Position numbers and translations under genes: made by a program. From NCBI GenBank assembly GCA_035353175.1, contig DAOPZC010000015.1, positions 7,928-71,927 on the forward strand: a stretch of 64,000 nucleotides of DNA, in the 5' to 3' direction. This stretch comes from Kiritimatiellia bacterium. Lineage in GTDB: Bacteria > Verrucomicrobiota > Kiritimatiellia > RFP12 > UBA1067. Shown here in pieces: positions 55,847 to 64,000 of the stretch. The notes under the pieces are model-generated. The model searched no databases, had not been told where the DNA came from, and was given only the letters and a program-made list of their open reading frames with translations. The first letter of the stretch is position 1; each line of letters starts with the position of its first letter.

Positions 55847-55875
55847 TTGACATCCGGAATGGCATTCGGTAATCT
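55847..55875 (+). promoter_or_regulatory. Sigma-70-like promoter candidate upstream of tRNA-Thr/tuf
   Basis: TTGACA (55847-55852), a 17-nt spacer, then TAATCT (55870-55875). This is a motif match only. Confidence 0.4.
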
Positions 55876-56034
55876 AAGCAAGTTTTCATTTTTTCCGGAA
55901 CTCGGTTTTGGAAAGACGGGAAACAGAACATTGGCAAGGTTTGATGGACTCCTGCACGATGCCTGAGGGTTTTCCTTGAAGCCCGAAGGATATTGGGTAA
56001 GGGGTTCTTTGCCCCGCAGGGGGTGATGGACAAG

Positions 56035-56110
<76 letters not shown>

Positions 56111-56156
56111 GCTTTGACGATGGATTTTTTGTCACTACTCACAGGAGGAAACCAAA

Positions 56157-57365
<1,209 letters not shown>

Positions 57366-57448
57366 GAAGCTTCCTGTGAGCGTGTCCGTCCGGGGCGTTT
57401 CGGCGCTCCGGACGCGGCACGGGTTTCAGTGAAGCCAACGAGGCGAAT

Positions 57449-57601
57449 ATGCCCAGAGAATTAGCTATTTTGGCCTGCACAGAGTGTAAGCGCCGCAATT
57501 ATACGACCACGCGGAACAAACGTACGATGACGAACCGTCTGGAGATGAAGAAGTATTGTCCGACGGAGAAGAAACGCACGTTGCACCGGGAAGCGAAGTA
57601 G
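57449..57601 (+). CDS. rpmG: 50S ribosomal protein L33
   Basis: It is not in the ORF track (50 aa). Hand translation gives [50 protein letters not shown]. It has a CxxC...C zinc-ribbon pattern and the canonical position between tuf and tRNA-Trp. Confidence 0.9.
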   Translation: MPRELAILACTECKRRNYTTTRNKRTMTNRLEMKKYCPTEKKRTLHREAK

Positions 57602-57616
57602 TCCAGACGCAACTTT

Positions 57617-57693
57617 AGGCCAGTAGCTCAATTTGGCAGAGTACCGGTCTCCAAAACCGGGTGTTGGGGGTTCGAGTCCCTCCTGGCCTGCCA
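57617..57693 (+). tRNA. tRNA-Trp (anticodon CCA), CCA encoded
   Basis: The acceptor is AGGCCAG/CTGGCCT. The anticodon stem is CCGGT/ACCGG with loop CTCCAAA. The T arm is GGGGG-TTCGAGT-CCCTC. Confidence 0.95.
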
Positions 57694-57783
57694 GTTATGA
57701 ACGCGCTATCTGTCGCTGTTCCGAAACGGAATGGTAACAGGTTTTCGCATTTTGATAGCGGATTGACCGAAGGGTCCTGAGAC

Positions 57784-57987
57784 ATGAGTAACGTGAAGCA
57801 AGTCATCCAAAGTCTGGGAGCTTATCTCGGCGAGGTCGGTGTCGAGTTCAAGAAGATCGCATGGCCGGACCGTCAGGAACTGATCGATTCGACGTTGGTG
57901 GTGATTTCTTTTATTGTGATTCTGGCCGTGGTGGTGCTGTGTTGCGACAAGACCATCCTGTTTTTCCTGCAGCTGATCCATGCGTAA
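57784..57987 (+). CDS. secE: Preprotein translocase subunit SecE
   Basis: It is 67 aa. KKIAWP followed by a single TM helix (LVVISFIVILAVVVL), in the canonical position before nusG. Confidence 0.9.
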   Translation: MSNVKQVIQSLGAYLGEVGVEFKKIAWPDRQELIDSTLVVISFIVILAVVVLCCDKTILFFLQLIHA

Positions 57988-58002
57988 CGCGGGGAGTCGT
58001 CC

Positions 58003-58566
58003 ATGACGAAGCAATGGTTTGTTTTGCACACGTTGACTGGCCAAGAGCAGAAGGTTAAGCGGTCGATAGAAGCGCGCGTGCGGATCGAGGAAATGGGGGA
58101 GTACATCGGCGACGTGGTGATTCCCACCGAGAAGGTTTCTGAAGTCAAGAACGGCGTCAAGACGACGGTGACGCGCAAGTTCTTCCCCGGCTATGTTTTG
58201 ATCAATTTGGCTTTGTATGATGAGGGGCGCAATGTGATGGAGCCCACCTGGCGGTTTTTGAAGGAAACGTCGGGCGTGATCGGGTTCATCGGCGGCGAGC
58301 GCCCGATGCCGTTGTCGGCGGCCGAGGTTGACGCGATCGTCAACCAAGTGGCCGAGAAGAAAGAAAAGGTCAAGCCCAAGGTTCAGTTCGAGCCGGGCGA
58401 GACCGTCAAGATCATCGATGGACCGTTCATGAGTTTCAGCGGCACCGTCGATGAAGTGGATCCCGACCGGGGCAAACTGAAGGTCTCTGTAGCGATCTTC
58501 GGTCGTTCCGCTCCGGTCGAGCTGGAGTACTGGCAGGTCGAGCGCGCGGTCAACGAAAACGCGTAG
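58003..58566 (+). CDS. nusG: Transcription termination/antitermination factor NusG
   Basis: The NGN N-terminus is WFVLHTLTGQEQKV. The KOW motif is GETVKIIDGPFMSFSGTV. Confidence 0.95.
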   Translation: MTKQWFVLHTLTGQEQKVKRSIEARVRIEEMGEYIGDVVIPTEKVSEVKNGVKTTVTRKFFPGYVLINLALYDEGRNVMEPTWRFLKETSGVIGFIGGERPMPLSAAEVDAIVNQVAEKKEKVKPKVQFEPGETVKIIDGPFMSFSGTVDEVDPDRGKLKVSVAIFGRSAPVELEYWQVERAVNENA

Positions 58567-58677
58567 CGGATTTTCCGGGAAGGTGTCGCGCGTCAGCGCG
58601 GCGACGGCTCGTCAACTGTGGTTCGCATGTACCGGTGGGGATGCCGGGAGGGCCACGACAGACAAGTAGGTGCGATC

Positions 58678-59103
58678 ATGGCGAAGAAAATCACGGGTAC
58701 CGTGAAACTGCAGATTCCCGCCGGTGCGGCGAATCCTGCGCCGCCTGTGGGCCCCGCGCTGGGTGCTCAAGGCGTCAACATCATGGCGTTCTGCAAAGAG
58801 TTTAACGCCAAGACTCAAGACAAGGCCGGTCTGATTATCCCCGTGGTGATCACGGTGTATGCGGACCGCAGCTTTTCACTCGTTTTCAAGAGCCCCCCGG
58901 CTTCCGCCCTGCTGAAGAAGGAGGCGGGTTTGGCCAAGGGTTCCGGCGTTCCCAACCGCGACAAGGTCGGCAAGGTGACGCGCGAACAGGTCCGCAAGAT
59001 CGTTGCGATGAAGAAGGCGGATTTGAACGCGTCGAGCGAAGAGGCCGCGATGCGGATGATCGAAGGTACCGCGCGCAACATGGGTATCGAGGTTGTTGAT
59101 TAA
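58678..59103 (+). CDS. rplK: 50S ribosomal protein L11
   Basis: It starts [29 protein letters not shown]. The start is ATG 58678, inside the longer track ORF. Confidence 0.95.
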   Translation: MAKKITGTVKLQIPAGAANPAPPVGPALGAQGVNIMAFCKEFNAKTQDKAGLIIPVVITVYADRSFSLVFKSPPASALLKKEAGLAKGSGVPNRDKVGKVTREQVRKIVAMKKADLNASSEEAAMRMIEGTARNMGIEVVD

Positions 59104-59121
59104 TCAAAGGGGACACGGATC

Positions 59122-59817
59122 ATGGCGAAACATGGCAAACGGTATATCGACGCCCAGAAGAAAGCCCCGACCGGACCGGTGAGTCTGGAAGAGGCGGTGG
59201 CTTTCGTGAAGGCGAACGCGGGCGCGAAATTTGACGAGACGGTCGAGATCGCGATGCGGCTCGGCGTGGACATCAAGAAATCGGACCAGACGGTCCGCGG
59301 CACGGTCAATCTTCCGCACGGCACCGGCAAGAACGTCCGCGTGATCGTTTTCGCGGGCGGCACGCTCGCCGACGAGGCGCGCGCGGCCGGCGCCGAAGAG
59401 GTCGGTTACGAGGATCTGATCGAAAAGGTCAAAAACGGCTGGACGGACTTCGATGTGGCGATCTCGACCACGGACGCGATGAAGGAAGTGCGCAAGATCG
59501 CTCGTGTGCTCGGCCCCCGCGGCTTGATGCCGAACCCGAAGACCGGCACGGTGACGGATGACACGGCTGCCGCCGTGAAGGCCGCCAAGGGCGGCAAGGT
59601 CGATTTCCGCATGGACCGCACCGGCAACGTCTGCGTGCTGTGCGGCAAGCGCAGCTTCGACGCCGACAAGCTGGTCGGGAACATCAATACCATCGTCGAT
59701 GCGGTCAGGGCCGAGCGGCCCGCGGGTGCCAAGGGCACGTTCATCCGCTCCCTGACGGTCAGCTCCACGATGGGCGTGGGTGTGCGCGTGGTGGTCAAAG
59801 AAGCCGCTGCTGAATAA
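59122..59817 (+). CDS. rplA: 50S ribosomal protein L1
   Basis: It has MAKHGKRY..., DETVEIAMRLGVD and GPRGLMPNPK. Confidence 0.95.
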   Translation: MAKHGKRYIDAQKKAPTGPVSLEEAVAFVKANAGAKFDETVEIAMRLGVDIKKSDQTVRGTVNLPHGTGKNVRVIVFAGGTLADEARAAGAEEVGYEDLIEKVKNGWTDFDVAISTTDAMKEVRKIARVLGPRGLMPNPKTGTVTDDTAAAVKAAKGGKVDFRMDRTGNVCVLCGKRSFDADKLVGNINTIVDAVRAERPAGAKGTFIRSLTVSSTMGVGVRVVVKEAAAE

Positions 59818-59834
59818 CACGGGAGAGCGATCCA

Positions 59835-60359
59835 ATGAGAACCGAAAAAATTTCAATCTTGAATGAGGTCATCGAGCGTGTCAAAGCTTCCGACTTCTGT
59901 TTCATCCTGAACTACGGTGGCCTGAAGGTGACGCAGCTGACGACGCTGCGCCAAGGTCTGGCCAAGCTCAATTCGCGCGCGTTTGTGGTGAAGAACACCT
60001 ATCTTGGCAAAGTCGCGAAGGATCTGGGATGGGCGGACGTCTCCTCGATGCTGTCCGGGCCGACGGCGGTCGTGACTGGCAAAGGCGATGTGACCGAGGT
60101 GGCCAAGCTCCTGGTCGAGTTCGTGAAGAAGAACGACAAGGCGGCGATCAAAGGCGCGAGCCTCGAAACCGCGGCACTCAGCGCCGCGGACGTGGAAGCC
60201 CTTTCGAAGCTGCCGTCGAAGGACGCGATGCGCGGCATGCTGCTGGGGACGCTGTTGGCTCCTGCCACCAGTCTCGTGCGCGTGCTCAACGCGCCGCTGC
60301 TTAACGCGCTCTACGCCCTCAAGGCGTACGAAGAGAAAAAGAACGGATCTGCGGCATAA
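59835..60359 (+). CDS. rplJ: 50S ribosomal protein L10
   Basis: It has the right position and length (174 aa) and a typical L10 N-terminal pattern. Confidence 0.9.
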   Translation: MRTEKISILNEVIERVKASDFCFILNYGGLKVTQLTTLRQGLAKLNSRAFVVKNTYLGKVAKDLGWADVSSMLSGPTAVVTGKGDVTEVAKLLVEFVKKNDKAAIKGASLETAALSAADVEALSKLPSKDAMRGMLLGTLLAPATSLVRVLNAPLLNALYALKAYEEKKNGSAA

Positions 60360-60512
60360 CGAGTGTCGTAAAAACCACGGGGTGCGGAGTGCCGGCGGGT
60401 GCCGGTGCTCTCGGGCGCGAAAGCGAAAACGGCCGCTTCATGAGCGGTGGCACCTGTGGGAATCCCGCCCGCGAAACAACGCGTGCGGTTGCACAAAAAA
60501 GGAACAAGCGAA

Positions 60513-60884
60513 ATGACGAATGAAGAAGTGATTGATTTTCTGAGCAACCTCTCGGTGCTCGAGATCTCCAAGCTGGTCAAGGCCCTGGAAGAGAAGTGGG
60601 GCGTCACCGCCGCCGCTCCCGTGGCTGCCGCCGCCCCCGTGGCCGCCGCCGCCGCCGCTCCGGTCGAAGAGAAGACCGAGTTCGACGTGATCCTGGCTGA
60701 GGCTGGCGCCAACAAGATCGGCGTCATCAAGGAAGTGCGCGCGATCACGGGCCTCGGGCTGAAGGATGCCAAGGACCTGGTCGAGGCCGCCCCGAAACCG
60801 GTCAAGCAGGGCGTCAGCAAGGACGAGGCTGGCAAGCTGAAAGAGCAGCTTGAGAAGGCCGGCGCCAAAGTCGAAGTGAAGTAA
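60513..60884 (+). CDS. rplL: 50S ribosomal protein L7/L12
   Basis: It has [19 protein letters not shown], an Ala/Pro hinge, and a C-terminal domain ([24 protein letters not shown]). Confidence 0.95.
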   Translation: MTNEEVIDFLSNLSVLEISKLVKALEEKWGVTAAAPVAAAAPVAAAAAAPVEEKTEFDVILAEAGANKIGVIKEVRAITGLGLKDAKDLVEAAPKPVKQGVSKDEAGKLKEQLEKAGAKVEVK

Positions 60885-60907
60885 TACTTCGTCGATCCGA
60901 ACCGTGG

Positions 60908-60937
60908 GGACTGCCCGAGTGATGACCCGGGCAGTCC
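60908..60937 (+). terminator. rplL-rpoB intergenic hairpin (attenuator candidate)
   Basis: A perfect 10-bp stem pairs GGACTGCCCG (60908-60917) with CGGGCAGTCC (60928-60937). The following T-run is weak (TCGCTTTCC). The position matches the known partial terminator between rplL and rpoB in other bacteria. Confidence 0.5.
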
Positions 60938-61222
60938 TCGCTTTCCGGTAACGGGCGGAAACGCCCCGAGCCGGAGTGCCCGAAAGGTCATCGCGTTTCA
61001 CAGTTGCCAAAAGAAAGATGAATCGCACCTGGTGATCCGTTGATGCGAGTGTCTGCCGAAGCGTGAATCAGTTAACCAAGTGGCTGCTTACCACACTTCC
61101 ATTCATAACCGGCGGACAGAACATCGCATTCCGATCAGCAGCGGGCGGCAGGGCTTCGGCCTTGGCGTGCGGGGTTTTTCACTTGGCGGCGTCACATTCA
61201 CAATTCCAACCTGAGGTAGGCA

Positions 61223-64000
<2,778 letters not shown>

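Overview
This is a high-GC, gene-dense bacterial chromosome segment. I call 54 protein genes and 2 tRNAs. I saw no rRNA, CRISPR array, transposase, integrase or phage genes. All family assignments come from reading motifs and architectures by eye; nothing was searched. Several features suggest a glycan-degrading member of the PVC group (Kiritimatiellota, Verrucomicrobiota or Lentisphaerota-like), but this is an inference. Those features are a PEP-CTERM tail, a Cys-type sulfatase, TAT-exported Gfo/Idh/MocA and TIM-barrel proteins, HEAT/FG-GAP giants and RNase HIII.

Layout:
- 0-5.3 kb: GH2 (truncated at the window edge), a LUD-domain protein, a secreted metallophosphoesterase and a DciA-like protein.
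- 5.4-13.3 kb: PPi-phosphofructokinase, phosphomannomutase and a GldA/F/G-type ABC module followed by a DUF4340-like gene.
- 13.4-22.4 kb: a sulfatase-HEAT fusion, a 1146-aa HEAT/FG-GAP/discoidin protein, a TAT-exported oxidoreductase, a porin and a TAT-exported TIM-barrel protein.
- 22.5-27.6 kb: ruvA, a dehydrogenase, a NahK-like kinase, purE and purD.
- 27.6-40.6 kb: a tightly packed plus-strand gene train.
- 40.7-47.5 kb: pyrF, a permease and a dhaKL/aldolase sugar module.
- 47.5-53 kb: GNAT, then a sigma-54 activator divergent from a small ORF, a NifV-like synthase and modB plus an ABC ATPase.
- 53.2-55.8 kb: a glycoside-hydrolase-like protein with a CBM.
- 56-64 kb: the canonical tRNA-Thr, tuf, rpmG, tRNA-Trp, secE, nusG, rplKAJL, rpoB cluster. 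rpoB runs off the window end and is missing from the ORF track.

The best candidate for an undescribed system is the five-gene operon at 27.6-35.2 kb. Four signal-peptide proteins are built from shared or duplicated beta-sandwich-like modules, and one of them carries a PEP-CTERM tail. The fifth gene encodes a 1097-aa DUF2723/TMEM260-like GT-C membrane protein fused to TPR repeats. The operon may continue into a 1449-aa GH2-like protein that lacks the canonical acid/base motif.

Secondary leads are:
- an orphan NifA-type/NifV-like/ModB island with an unusual 470-bp control region;
- a structured SD/anti-SD repeat between dhaK and dhaL;
- a periplasmic oxidoreductase, porin and TIM-barrel trio;
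- an EF-Tu with a strongly divergent switch-I region.

Many long ORFs in the track are antisense artefacts of the high GC content and were rejected.
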